Origin: Eledone cirrhosa
Lineage: Eukaryota
Length of the DNA: 64,000 bases
Direction: 5' to 3'
Assembly (NCBI GenBank): GCA_964016885.1
Contig: OZ024742.1
Span: 51,956,001 to 52,020,000, forward strand
The position numbers were made by a program, and so were the translations under genes. Position 1 is the stretch's first letter; the number at the start of each line of letters is the position of its first letter. Shown in pieces: positions 1 through 13,071 of this stretch. The notes under the pieces are model-generated. The model had not been told where the DNA came from and ran no database searches. It was given only the letters and a program-made list of their open reading frames with translations.

Positions 1-238
1 GAGACGGTTGCTTCTAACAGGACCCACTGGAAGGAGTGTTTGAGGACTTTGCCCCCACGACCCTCTCAGGAATAGGTGGGCGAAAAAGAAGAAGAGGAAT
101 TCCAGTGAAATTATAATTTCATTTTATTCTGTATGCTTTATATGTACAAGGGCATTTACTAAAATGAATTAAAATATAATTTATATCTCTGAAACCCATC
201 TAGAATAGCCCATTTGATTCGTTTGCATTAGAAACACA

Positions 239-830
239 AGAGCAATAATGACGTGTTCATTCTACTGACATGGCTTTAAAAAAGAGGTTGTTTGCATAAT
301 TGCAAACGAATCGAATATTATTATTAATATTCGAAAAACTCAGACTACATGTGTTGTATTCAACCTTGTAGAGCGATGAACTATTGGTTAGCTATTTGAA
401 TATGGCAAAGCCGGCCATTAATCGCTCGTATACATGAAACTGACTGGCCAATCTGCTGATATGCAGGTCTGGCTGATCAGTGGGTCTGCTAATATGCAGA
501 TCTGACTGGTCATGTAGACTGCTAATATGCATGTCAGACCAATCAGACACTGGATATTTTAGAACATATCATATATTTTCACTGGCACTGACAGTTGGCA
601 TGTAAGCATTAAACTCTACTGATGAAAGGTAATCCCCCAGAAACGGTGGTGTCCGTAGTTTTGTTGGCATGCCAATACCAGAGCAAGAATATCGGGGTCA
701 TTCTACTGACATGGCTTAAAGAGGTTGTTTGCATAATTTTAAATGAATTGAATATTATTATTAATATTCGAAAAGTTCAGATTACATTTATACTATTCAG
801 CCATGTAGAGCGATGAACTATTTCTTAGTT
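239..830 (+). repeat. Decayed element: ~150-bp direct repeats (239-390, 680-830) with ~33-bp tandem subrepeats (440-545)
   Basis: Shared ttcattctactgacatggctt...gtagagcgatgaactat in both copies; ctgctaatatgca units repeated three times. Confidence 0.6.
614..659 (+). ncRNA. Degenerate hammerhead-like motif
   Basis: CTGATGA (619-625) ... GAAA (640-643) C-ggtggt-G TC (651-653). Stems I and II are imperfect. Lies between two ~150-bp direct repeats. Confidence 0.4.
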
Positions 831-847
831 ATTACACACACATATAT

Positions 848-1056
848 CTATCTATCTAAGGCGGGTAAAATTCTCAAGATCCATGGACGAGTTCTCTCCA
901 GCGGTCTCTGTCCCTCATTATCGCTGCCATGTCCTGCATCTCCAACAGACCAGTGTCTGTCCTGAGGGCATCAACATACGTTAACCTTGGTCTTCCTCTT
1001 CTAGTGTGTCCATGTAGGGGCTCCCAAAGGAGTACTGAGTGCAATGTCAACTCTGG

Positions 1057-1057
<1 letters not shown>
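848..1057 (-). mobile_element. 3' fragment of RTE-like LINE, same family as 10545-13037
   Basis: Near-identical to 10545-10730 (ctatctaaggcgggtaaaattc...gcaatgtcaactctgga); flanked by (TA)n. Confidence 0.8.
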
Positions 1058-1122
<65 letters not shown>

Positions 1123-1972
1123 TTTATATAATTACATGTGCTTGCGCCAGTTGAAGTAGGCTGCCACATGGATAGACCATTATGTTATGTATTGTATATA
1201 TATATATATATATGTATATGTGTGTGTGCGCGTGTGTGTGTGTGTGTATACCTGTGTGTTTGTGTCCATTCGTACGCATGTGTGTGCCGAAATATAATGA
1301 ACATTTATTATAACTATATATCTTTCAAGTAGCAGAAGCACCTTTCTATAGAGTATGCTTCTTCACAATGCCATTCTTCAAATTTATATTGTTTCTACAT
1401 ATGAAAAATATCGCCGCAGTTGTTTTAATAGATAATTAGAAAAAAGACATCAGCAATATATTCTATTCGGAAATACAATTTATTTTCCGCTTTCGTTTCA
1501 GTATTATATTTCAGTAATTTCATTTTGGAAAGTTTATTTATGTAATAATATTTCGGGGCAGAATAAATGAAAAGGTATACAACAAACCGTCTACAACAGA
1601 AACAAATGGAAAATACATCAATATAATGAAATAGGCAACCTTAAGCAGTTTCAAAGCGAAATACAACATAGTTTAACCGATTATAAGATACAATAATTCA
1701 AGATTACATTTCCTTCTCTCATTTGAGTGGATATACGCAGATATTTGGACAATACTTCAAAATCATATGAAATGTATCATATCTTAAACTAAGAGAATGT
1801 CGTACCACGCCACATGCAAAACAACCATTTTATATATAGTCTATTAATAACAAAGTAAGGAAAGTAATGTGTTATTTGATAGATGTTTTTCATTAAAAAT
1901 CTCACGATAATGTGTGTCTGTTATAATGTAACATATGCTACTATGAACTACTATTCATATTTTCAGGATTAC

Positions 1973-2145
1973 CTCACAATACATCGTTAGGAACATCTGG
2001 TTTGGTGTTCCTGTCTCATATTGTGCTTCACACCATGAGTTTATAGAAATAATAATTTCAACTACCGAAAGTAGTATTAAGTTTAAATCTAATGGAAGGT
2101 CTTGTAACTCATGTTTAGCTTTTTCATCCTCAGACCTAACATCCA
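1973..2145 (-). CDS. Possible isolated host exon with one hydrophobic helix (LNLILLSVVEIIISINSWC)
   Basis: Acceptor ttcatttag| at 2146, donor GAG|GTAATC at 1972, open frame, non-repetitive. Loosely resembles a tetraspan (MS4A-like) TM segment; unverified. Confidence 0.25.
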
Positions 2146-2572
2146 CTAAATGAATAAATGTTAATCTATTAGCTTTGTATGTACATTGAATAGATAGTGG
2201 CCTCTTTCACCAATGCCCCTTGTATTTAATTTACACTACAAATCACGATCCATGACCATCTGCAGTTTCAATTGTTACTAGCATCGATTTATATATATTA
2301 AGAATGTGCAGTACAATTATATCAATGCAAAGCCCGCTGTCCCCAAGAAAAGTCTCGCACTACCATATATATATATATATATATATATACTTGGGGTAAA
2401 CATTGATGCAATTCAAGCACTCAACGTACTTATTCCACATAGGAGTAAATATCGAATAAGGAAAAGCATATACATATATATATAGAGAGAGAGAGAGAGA
2501 GCGAGAGAGATAGAGAGAGAGAGATAGAGATGTATATTCATTGTATTGATTAATCTTTTTTCTCAGCCGTCA

Positions 2573-2669
<97 letters not shown>

Positions 2670-3605
2670 ATATATATACACTAACATGTAAATATGAATA
2701 TATATGGTGGTGGTGGATGTGGATGTGATGTCGGTGGTGTTGTTGGCGATGTTACTGTTTGTTGTTGTTGTTATTGTGGTAATGGAGATGACAACCATGA
2801 TATATTGAACATGATGCAATCAGCAATCAACTGAGTGTGATAATTGAAGATATATCTCGTGTTTGATTCACTGATATGGGCACAATTTGTATTCTTGAAG
2901 AATGAACAATTATTTCACTCTCCCTTACAGCATACTTTAAACAATTTAACTGAGAATGTAACATGTGAATTTGATTAATCCCACATGTCCTTTAATATGC
3001 TATTGCGAATTATTTCTCCACGCAGATGTACAAAAAATACATGGAGTAGAAAGAAGCGGAGATTTGATTCAATTAAAAGTACCATTCAATAAATATCCGT
3101 AAATAATTGACATCCGTAATTAATTTGCATCGTGTTCCGTCTCGGATATTGTTTGGCGAGGCTCATAGAAAATTCTAAATATTAGTTTAAATATTTTATA
3201 GCTTACTCAGCATAATATGTGGCAACCATGACAGGTGTCAGAGCATTTGAAATATGACAATGTAATGGTTAATGTATAATTAATTTAGTTTCCATTGGTA
3301 GGTTGTTCATAGTCTGTTTTGCTATCACAGTTAACTATATCTTGTTTTACTTTTAAATCTTCTAAATTACTATTTTCACTTAATATCTCACAATCCTGCT
3401 GTATGGCAACAGAATTAATTAATTAAGAATTTCTTTGAAAGTAATTATTTTCCCTTGCTGATACCATATGAGTTGGATATTTAAATGGAAGAAATAATTG
3501 AGTAACCATGTCTTCCATCATGTAATTTAAATATTGCAATATACACCCCTACAGGCGCACGCACGCACATATTCATATATATATATGTATATATATGTGC
3601 ATATT

Positions 3606-3686
<81 letters not shown>

Positions 3687-4008
3687 TGTATATATATAAA
3701 TATATATATATATAAAAACAAATAACGAAACGAAATTAAATTTCGTTTCGTTTGTAACTCACTTTTGTATGACTGACGCTTAAACAATTAAGTTAAAAAT
3801 GTACATCCACATATGTATACTGAAATACTAGTATGCATATGAATACACACACGTGTACATATGTAGATGTACCGAGTTTTTCACTGGTCACTTTACTGTG
3901 AGTGTCCAGCTATTCTGTATGTAAACACACAGACAAACCGGTTTTTAGAGTCATACTGGTTTTTGAGGAAACACCTTTCCTCTATTCTCCAGAAAGCCAG
4001 ACAAGGAA

Positions 4009-4049
4009 TATTGGACTAGTTTCGATGCTGTTACATCTCATCAGCAATA
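4009..4049 (-). ncRNA. Minimal type I hammerhead ribozyme
   Basis: Minus strand: tattg CTGATGA gatg-taacag-catc GAAA ctag TC caata. 5-bp stem I, 4-bp stem II, palindromic CTAG stem III, GUC site. Confidence 0.9.
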
Positions 4050-4246
4050 ATAACCTATCTTCCGGCCTTTCTAGAGAATCGTAAAAGCACATATCGTTAT
4101 ATGCTTTTTCTATGAAAATTAGTAGTGGGCAGACTAATTTGCATAGAGCGTGAGTTTTAATCATTTTCTGGGTTAGAAAATGATTAAAACGAAATTATTA
4201 TTCAGAATATTAATAAATGAAGACATTCACATAATCAAAATATATG

Positions 4247-4308
4247 TTTTATTATATATATTTCGAAGGTACTGTGCTGTTTTTTCAGTACGTCCTCGTC
4301 AGATAAAA
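4247..4308 (-). ncRNA. Hammerhead ribozyme (PLE-A pLTR)
   Basis: ttttat CTGACGA ggacgtactg...cagtaccttc GAAA tatata TA ataaaa. Confidence 0.82.
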
Positions 4309-4630
4309 TACATGAATTGATGTATGACATACTTCAACGGTCTTCATGGTTCAATTCCAGTATTGGCAGTGATTTATTACAACAAATCTCAACATTTATA
4401 TACCACAAATAATAACATGATAAACTTAAATTTAAATTTAAAGAAGAAGAGGATGTGGAGCGAGATATTGGTCTAAGGAGGGAGTGAGTATGAGGAAATT
4501 CAAGAAGAAAATAAATAAATACATACATAAATATTTAAATGAGTAAATAGACGTATTATGGAAGAAAAGGGAAAGAGAGAGAGAGATAGAGAGAGAGAGG
4601 GGGAGTGGGGGAGAGAGAGATAGAGAGAGA

Positions 4631-4685
<55 letters not shown>

Positions 4686-5529
4686 AGAAAGAAATAACGG
4701 CAAAAAAGAAAAAGAAATGATGTGTGACCGTTGCTTTCAAATATTAACACAAATAGAGGCGACCAATTAAATACCATGAAATCTTTAATATCTTTTGTAT
4801 TTGGTATGTTTAAGCTAATTATACTAATATATTATATCAAAATGAAACAATATAAACATATTTTCTATAGGAATCAGAACCATAGTTTAATTAGGTGATA
4901 TATTTACTAAATATTTTGTTACAATATTCAAAAACATTTTTATCTTTAAAGCATGTTTAAATACCTATTAAATATGTATAAGGATATTTATTAAAACACA
5001 TGCATATATCACTATCAGTATATATATTTTATATTATGTTAAGAATTATTATCTGAATTATTCTATTTTCATTAAAAATCATTTCAAATCATTGGTTGTC
5101 ATTTCATTACAGGATTAATAAGTAGTTATATTTACACTTAAAAGTATTATAATTTCGATTTTACTTCCGTAATTACATTTTATTATATATAGTTTCCCTT
5201 TAAGGATTTTTCATATATTATTAAATTGTATAAATCATGTTAAATATACATTAGCAAGCAATTTGGACAGAACAAAATTATTTAAGAAGATTGTAAACAA
5301 AGGAAGATAACTCGTTCTTCATATGTGAACATTTAAGATATTTAAGTATTTTGAAAGCCAAAAGATATTTCAAACAAAAAATTCAGAAATTTCTAGTTAA
5401 ACAATGACCTTTCTAAATCCAAACTTAGGATACCGAGACGCATCATGAGATTAATTTACTATATAAAAACAATATACAATGTAAGGCAAAACGTTATATA
5501 TATAATAATATTTCAAGAATTATTAATAG

Positions 5530-6079
5530 TCAATATTTTTTTAGAAATTTGTATAATGCTTGAAAGGTTTTTCCAGACTTATGTAGACAGCTTCCAAATA
5601 ATTCTTTCTTCATATTAATTAAATTACCATAATTTGTAATTATTAATACAGTTTCTAAATTGCAAAGATTGCAATTTGGTGAAATGGAAGCGTTTCGGTA
5701 GGAATCAGAATTCTTTAATTTACTCGAAGAAATTGAGTATTTAATATTTTTCTCTTTCAAAGACCATATTAATTGTGATAGTGATGTTGAAAATTTTTTA
5801 TCTGGATTAGAAAACGAATGTTTATGATTGGAAAAGCAAAACTTAAAGTTCGATGAAGTGGCACCAATGTAGTTATAAGTATTATTATTATTTATTTTAA
5901 TGGTACATTTATAAACTAGATTCTTGTCAAGGCAATTATTTTGTAAAGGGCATTCAGATTTCCTTCTACAGTTACAATTCAATTCAACGTTATTTCTATA
6001 ACCTAAACTATTCGTATTATCATTATTATTTCTAGGTGTTCTATTTAAACTATTGTTATTGTTATTCATATTAACTAAT

Positions 6080-6138
<59 letters not shown>

Positions 6139-7200
6139 GTTATTATCGCTAATTATATGCTGGTTCGAATTAAGAATTTTACTATTAATTTTTGCAATAT
6201 TTTGAGCAATATTCATAGTTGTTGAATAAGAGAGTTTAACTGTGTCTATTGAAGATCGAGTAATACTTATGTTATCTATGGAAACATTTATCCCAGGCTT
6301 TAAAAAATAAATGTGCTACAGGTGTTTTAATAGCTAAGGATGCTGGCGGAGCATACCAAATTATAGATCTAGTCCTTATTTTTTCCTCGATTTATTCCTC
6401 AAGTTGTTGTTTTTACAGTCAGTTCTATTTTTTATTATTATGCATATTGTGTTTATAATTAATATTATTTTTTTTCTACATATTCAATATTATTTTTTAT
6501 ATCCTGCTTTATGTAACGCTTCAATATAATATACAGCCTTACTATTAAATATGGATCTATTAGCAGATAGTCTGGTTATTCGTTGTTGGACACTATTGAC
6601 TATTGCATTTTTAACACTTTTAAGATGATTACAGTAAAAGCTTTAGATTAGAGTAATTTAAGTTTTCATTGAGTTTATGGAAGGGGTAATACAAGCCTGA
6701 GTTTAAATTAAGAGTTACATCTAAAAAATGAACTATTTTATTGTTATTTTCTACTTCTAATATCAGGTCATAATTTTTAAAGAATTCTATAATTACTTTC
6801 TTTACTCTATTTAATTAGCTATTATTATGCCTAACAACAGTAAATAATATGTCGTCTCTATATAAACCACCGGTAATCTCCGGCAGTTTTCTATTTATCA
6901 TATTAAGGATGAAAATTCCCACAAGATCGGTAACTTGCGCCGAATCAGACGAGCCCATTGTAATGTCAAAGTTATTCTGTCTATCAGATCTAGTCCAAAA
7001 TCATTATTAAAATCGATCAAGGTTCCCCTTGCCGTTAAAATAATATTAATCTCGTCACTAGATAGATCCGCGTGTTTATATGCATATGAAAGCGCCTTAT
7101 TTAGTAGGTTAGGAGTTATTGAGGAATAATAACTCGCTATGTCCATTTGGATGAATTTATGATTTTTCATATTTTTAATATTATTGAACCAATTTATGAC
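5530..7200 (-). pseudogene. PLE reverse transcriptase + GIY-YIG endonuclease (frameshifted, 5'-truncated)
   Basis: QMDIASYYSSI (RT motif A), GGLYRDD, YSTTMN, CNCRRKSECPL, LVYKC...YIGAT, CNLC..E, CLH. Confidence 0.9.
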
Positions 7201-7377
7201 TTCACCCTCCTTATACCCATATCTCGCTCCACATCCTCTGCTTCATTAAATTTAAATTTAAGTTTATCATGTTATTATTTGTGGTATATAAATGTTGATA
7301 TTTGTTGTAATAAATCACTGCCAATACTGGAATTTAACCATCAAGACCGGTGAGTATGTCTTACATCACTTAATGTA

Positions 7378-7438
7378 TTTTATCTGACGAGGACGTACTG
7401 AAAAAACAGCACAGTACCTCGAAATATATATAATAAAA
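7378..7438 (+). ncRNA. Hammerhead ribozyme (inverted arm of PLE-A1)
   Basis: ttttat CTGACGA ggacgtactg...cagtacctc GAAA tatata TA ataaaa. Confidence 0.82.
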
Positions 7439-7608
7439 AATATATTTTGATTATGTGAATGTATTCATTTATTAATATTAATATTCTGAATAATATTAAT
7501 AACTCCAGAAAACTTCTTTGTAGAGTGCTTTTAATGTATTGTAAAACTATATTTAATTGAGTAATCAATGAACAATATTAATCTTTAGTTATATATGTTA
7601 TATATATG

Positions 7609-7726
7609 AAGGCGTGTGGCTGAGTGGTTAGAGAACTGGATTCACTATGGTGAGATTGTGAGTTCGATTCCTGGACCGGGCGATGCGTTATGTCCTTGAG
7701 CAAGATACTTTATTTCACGTTGCTCC
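7609..7726 (+). mobile_element. tRNA-derived SINE (CORE-like)
   Basis: A box TGGCTGAGTGG and B box GTTCGATTCC, followed by tgtccttgagcaagatacttt, which resembles a CORE-SINE domain. Confidence 0.75.
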
Positions 7727-7843
7727 TTCTACCTGGAGTTGGGACCGATAGATAGTATTAGCAATTGGAAAGACCAATGGAAACACTCTTTCCTCGGTCC
7801 TATTTGACGAAAGTCGATCGTTAGGAATATATATATATATATA

Positions 7844-8645
7844 TACAAGTTAATATAAATTAATATATGATAAACACCTAAGTGTTTGTATTGTAAAAGA
7901 CAAAATTTAGCTATAATTTTAATGAGTTTGTTTCATTCTAGCTAAATTTTGTCTTTTACAATACAAACACTTAGGTGTTTATCATATATTAATTTGTATT
8001 AACTTGTATTACACGGCTCGGAAATGCTTCTTTCTTTGAGCTAATTAATTGTAAATGACTCTTTGAGTGTATACTCTAAATATAATATATTACTGCTCCC
8101 TCGGTTGAGCTAATCTTTAATCCCATATAAACGGCTGTTATTTCTAACGCCATGAGTATGAGAGACTAGTGAGCTGGAAGAACCGAGTGCAAAACCTCGT
8201 GCGTTTGTGCTCGTAAACCAGACCTTCAGTATTTTTTCGAGGTGAAGTAACTTAATTTTTATGGGTACCTATTGATAAGCACAGAAAATTAATTATTTCG
8301 CTCTTATACCCTCGTTTGCGAAACAGGATTTGGATTTTGAAGTTCAGATTGATCTGCGGAAAAGGTTTGAATTTTGAAATTTAAATTTGTCTAGGTACCA
8401 CAGCTATTTGCCAATATAAGTTTGTGTATATTGATTTATTATTTTTTAAATCGATACAGGCAGGCTATATTAATTTGAATTAGTTTGTTTCATTCTAGCT
8501 AAATTTTGTCTTTTACAATACAAACACTTAGGTGTTTATCATATATTAATTTTTATTAACTTGTATTACACGGCTCGGAGATGCTTCTTTCTTTGAGCTA
8601 ATTAATTGTAAATGACTCTTTGAGTGTATACTCTAAATATAATAT
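7844..8645 (+). mobile_element. Non-coding PLE-type insertion: inverted arm plus tandem pLTRs
   Basis: 7844-7913 is the reverse complement of 7938-8008; 7925-8088 is directly repeated at 8483-8645; flanked by (TA)n. Confidence 0.72.
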
Positions 8646-8711
8646 ATATATATATATAATATAATGAAATGACAGGAAGCTGGACTTGTGTAAATCCTTG
8701 AAAGGTTTATT

Positions 8712-8769
8712 ATACTATGATCATTTCAATGACCGGGTTCCGTATGAATCCGGTGATATCATCAGGTAT
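8712..8769 (-). ncRNA. Hammerhead ribozyme (family B)
   Basis: atac CTGATGA tatcaccgg...ccggtcatt GAAA tgatca TA gtat. Confidence 0.8.
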
Positions 8770-10193
8770 TCGAAATATAATAAGTGAATGTAATAGATAA
8801 AATCCATGGGTCTGAAAATCAAAGACCCGAGGACGACCGCCATCCAGCATCTTCCACCTTTGCCGGTCGCCCTCAAGTGACGTGGCTAAAGCTTACAGTG
8901 TGCTACTACCGGTCAAATAAAGTAAAGCAGAAAGGTATAGGAACATAAGTCAGCGTTAATATCATGCCACAAGAAAAAAAAGAAAGAAAGAAGAGAGAAG
9001 AAGGGGAAGGAAGAAAAGGAAGAAGAGAAGTCAGGGTTAATGTCAGCTATAAGAAGAAAGACAGAAAGAAAGAGGAGGAAAGGTCGGTATTACAGTCAGG
9101 CCAGGAATGTCGCGCAAAAAATTTATTCTAAGGGACTCGTATCTTAACAACTACTACCGGTCAAATATAGGCAAACAAAAAGGAGGAGGAAGATAAGTCA
9201 GCGTTAATATCATGCCACAAGGAGAAAGACAGAAAGAAGAGAGAAGAGAAGGAAGAAAAGGAAGAAAAAGAAAAGTCAGGGGTGATGGCTACAAGAAGAA
9301 AGATAGAAAGAAAGAGGAAGAAAGGTCGATATTAATGTCAGGCCAGGAATAGCGCGAAAAAAATATTTTCAAAGGGACCCGTATCTTAGCAGAGGTAAAT
9401 ATAGTGGTGGTCTGTATGTTATAATGTGTGAGCAGAAGATTGGAACGTTACAATTATAGGATGAAGTTAATAAATTAATATTTAATATTAACATTATAAA
9501 ATTAAAGAAATTAGAAAATTGAAAGTTAAACAGTTTAACATTTTTAAGGTTGCGAGGTTTAAGCAAAGAAAGAGTCTTTTATGAAGACACTTAAATTTTA
9601 TTATAGAGTAAAGATTATGTCTTTGTTTCTATTTTTCTTCTTGTAGCCATCAAACCTGACATTTCATCTTCTTATTTTTCTTCCTTCTCTTATCCCTCCT
9701 TTTTGTCTTTCTCCTTGTGGCATGATATTAACGCTGACTTATCTTCCTCCCCCTTTTTGTTTGCCTATATTTGACCGGTAGTAGTTGTTAAGATAAGAGT
9801 CCCTTAGAATAAATTTGTTTCGCGACATTCCTGGCCTGACTGTCATACCGACCTTTCCCCTTCTTTCTTTCTGTCTTTCTTCTTTTAGCTGACATTAACC
9901 CTGACTTCTCTTCTCCTTCCTTTTCTTCCTCCTTCTTTTTCCTTTTCTTCCTTCCCCCTTCTTCTCTCTTCTTTCATTATTTCTTTTTTCTTGTGGCATG
10001 ATATTAACGCTGACTTGTGTTCCTATTCCTTTCTGTTTTACTTCATTTGACCGGTAGTAGCACACTGTAAGCTTTAGCCACGTCACTTGAGGGCGACCGG
10101 CAAAGGTGGAAGATGCTGGATGGCGGTCGTCCTCGGGTCTTTGACTTTCAGACCCATGGATTTTATCCATTACATTCAATTATTATCTTTCGA

Positions 10194-10251
10194 ATACCTG
10201 ATGATATCACCGGATTCATACGGAACCCGGTCATTGAAATGATCATAGTAT
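10194..10251 (+). ncRNA. Hammerhead ribozyme (family B, other arm)
   Basis: Same motif as 8712-8769; palindromic TGATCA stem III. Confidence 0.8.
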
Positions 10252-10440
10252 AATAAACCTTTCAGGGATTTACACAAGTCCAGCCTCCTGTCATTTCATT
10301 ATAATATTTAACTCCGTACTAGCACCACCAACTACAAAAACAAAGACGGTTGAATTGCTTTACGTTGAGTACTCTCCATATTATTAAGATTGACCATACG
10401 GAATTGACCAGCTCTATCCAGTGGTGAACCTCAAACCTGA

Positions 10441-10514
<74 letters not shown>

Positions 10515-10656
10515 ATATGTTATATATATATATATATATATATTTCTATCTAGGGCGGGTAAAATTCCCGAGATCCATGGACGAGTTCTCTCCAGTGGTC
10601 TCTGTCCCTCATTAACACTGCCATGTCCTGCGTCACCAACAGACCAGTGTCTGTCC

Positions 10657-11945
10657 TTAAGGCATTAACATCTTCAAGTGTGTCCATGTAGGGGCTCCCA
10701 CAGGAGCACTGGGTGCAATGTCAACTCTGGATGTCTGTGAGCATGTCCAGCTAACCTCAGTCTCCTCTGTGTCACATTTGAGCTGACTTTTGGGAGGCTC
10801 CCATGCAGCTCTGAGTTTCATCCTCAGTGTATACTGATTAATGTTCAGAGCCATCCTCAGCATTCTCGTGTAGCACCCATCCACCATCTGAGTGAGTTTC
10901 TTGGTCAGTGTCCAAGTCTCAGACCCGTACAGCAGCACTGACTCCACTACAGCAATGAAGAGGCGGATGTTCAGGTCTTTACGACGGTCTGACTTCCACA
11001 CCTATCTCAAGCTGTGGCACGCCGCCCAGGCTTTGTTCTTCCTCTCAACCACATCATCTTCCGTATTCCCAATCTTTGCTCCCAAATAAAGGAAGTCCTC
11101 AAACAATTCTAACGGCTTCCCGCATTCATTAGTGATCCCCTCTGGCTTCTCAACATTCTCTACCAGGTATTTTGTTTTAATCTCATTCATTCCCAGCCCC
11201 ACACTCATCGACACAGTCTCAACCTCCTGCATCAAATCCTCGGCCTCCTTTACTGTATTTGTCACCAAAACTATGTCGTCGGCAAATTCAGCGCCTGATA
11301 TCTTGTTCGCCTTAACTCTCCTGTTCTCATCCGGTGCTACAGTAAAGCCAGAGTCCTGGTGTTTCTCCAGTGCAAGGCGCATACAATAGTCTACTACGAT
11401 GATAAAAAGGTAGGGAGCCAATGTATCTCCCTGGATTACTCCAGTCAGTATCTCAAAGAACTCTGTCATCCCATCAGGTGTAATGACTTGGACTTTGGTG
11501 TTGGTGTAGAGCAGTGATATCAGGTCCACTGTCTTCTTGGGGATTCCATAAGCCTGTAAGATCTTCATCAGGCAGTGACGGTCCACAGAATCAATGAAAA
11601 CCATGACCGCAGGAAGACACTTTGCTCTAGCTCCCTCTTATATCCTCCTCAGCATCATGATGTGACTGGTGGTTGATCTTCCCTCTCTGAGGCCGTTCTG
11701 GTTGCCCCTGAGCTTCTTCTCCATCTCAGGCTGGATCCTTTTAATAATCATCCTGTTGAGTGTCTATGCCACAAGTGACGTCAGTGAGATCCTCCTGTAG
11801 TTGTTGGCGTTAGCGATATCTCTCTTCTTTGGCACTGGGACGATGTTACTGATCCTCCACTGATTCGGGGCAACTCCATTCTCCAGTGCCTGGTTATAGA
11901 ACCCCAGGATGATATCATCAAAATCACACCTCTTCATCACCTCAG
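10657..11945 (-). pseudogene. LINE reverse transcriptase (disrupted)
   Basis: NYRRISLTS, GVIQGDTLAPYLF, EFADDI, FLYLG, VESVLLYGSETW. Confidence 0.9.
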
Positions 11946-13036
11946 ATGCCACTCCATCTTCTCCATGAGGAGGTGTGTAGAGCTGTCAACACCACACAAG
12001 CACATAACATCGTATTTGTTTTGGGGGACTTCAATGCACATCTGAGTAAGGAGGGCAGTGAAGATCCTTGCTGGTACATCCATAACAACACCAATCGAAA
12101 TGGAAGACTACTGAGATACACCCTGCTGGAGGCGAACTTGATAGCGACCAACCTAAGGTTTAGGAAGAATCCGAGGAATATGTGGACCTACATCCCAGAT
12201 ATGCACCTGTCCAAGTCCCAGATTGATATCATTCTGGTGAGGAAAAAGTGGCGGAATAGTGTTCTGAACACAGAACCATACAACTATTTCTGTACACTGG
12301 GCAGTGACCATCGGCTTGTTATGAGTGAGGTCCGGGTGAGCATAAAAAAGAGCAAGGCTCAGTCCCAGAGAGCAATCTATGACTGGCGAGCTTTCAAGGA
12401 AGATGATAAGCTACATGAGAGGTTCACAGTGGAAGTGAGGAACAGGTTCAGTGCTCTGTGTGGAGAGACAGAAGAGAGAGAGATTGGATGGACTGAGTAG
12501 AGTTGACGAGGAGGTACGGGCACTTCACCGATGCAGTGGCGGAAGCAAGTGAGACCGTGGTGCCGAGGAGAATGAACAAAAGGAAGCACGTCAGCTCTGC
12601 AGATCTAAAGGTGTGTGCAGCCAGAGAACACCTGAAAGCTGCCAAGGACCAATTCTATGCTGATCCTACGGAGGAGAGGATGGATACAGTAGATGTGATG
12701 AGGGAAGAGCTTACACTGAGGCCAGAGAGGAGGCACTGATAGAGAAGATCATGATTGTGGAGAGAGCGGTTCACAGGTTTGGATGTAAGGAGAGCTGGAT
12801 GATTATCAAGATCACAGGGAGGAAGAGAAGGTATTCGAGTCAGATCCAGGGAACAGGGCCCGAGGATAAGAAGAGGAAATGGCTAGACCATTTTAGGACC
12901 CTACTAGGAGAGCCGCCCTTCACAGCCCAGAGCACTGGGGAGATCAGGTGGCTGTTTGAAGAACTGGATATTGAGACAGAGCCCTTCACCAGAGAAGAGC
13001 TTCAGAGAGCCAAGAAGAAGATCAAGGAGGACATGG

Positions 13037-13037
<1 letters not shown>
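11946..13037 (+). pseudogene. LINE apurinic-like endonuclease C-terminal part and linker (disrupted)
   Basis: LGDFNAH, NRNG, SQIDIIL, GSDHRLV, EPFTREEL. Confidence 0.88.

Positions 13038-13071
<34 letters not shown>

Larger units (their letters stand above)
4196..7495 (-). mobile_element. Penelope-like element A1, 5'-truncated, with inverted terminal arms (4196-4490 / 7200-7495)
   Basis: RT and GIY-YIG remnants between ~290-bp inverted repeats, each containing an HHR. Confidence 0.88.
8646..10440 (+). mobile_element. Non-coding fold-back element, family B (arms 8646-9315 / 9620-10305, 3' extension to 10440)
   Basis: ~670-bp inverted arms with internal ~245-bp tandem subunits; HHR in each arm; (TA)n flanks; related to 38535-39610. 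Confidence 0.85.
10545..13037. mobile_element. RTE-clade-like non-LTR retrotransposon with 5' inversion
   Basis: RT half on the minus strand (10545-11945), APE/linker half on the plus strand (11946-13037); (TA)n on both sides. Confidence 0.88.

Noticed and set aside
1-97. Possible LINE 3' end with gaa tail
   Set aside because: Too short and cut by the window edge to assign.
440-545. CRISPR-like spaced repeats (also 55958-56310)
   Set aside because: Degenerate tandem repeats without unique spacers, in eukaryotic DNA with no cas genes.
7609-7685. tRNA gene
   Set aside because: Has A/B boxes but no proper cloverleaf and continues into a SINE body.
8646-10305. MITE or DNA transposon with TIRs
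   Set aside because: Asymmetric 3' extension, HHRs and similarity in layout to the coding PLE fold-backs favour a retroelement origin.
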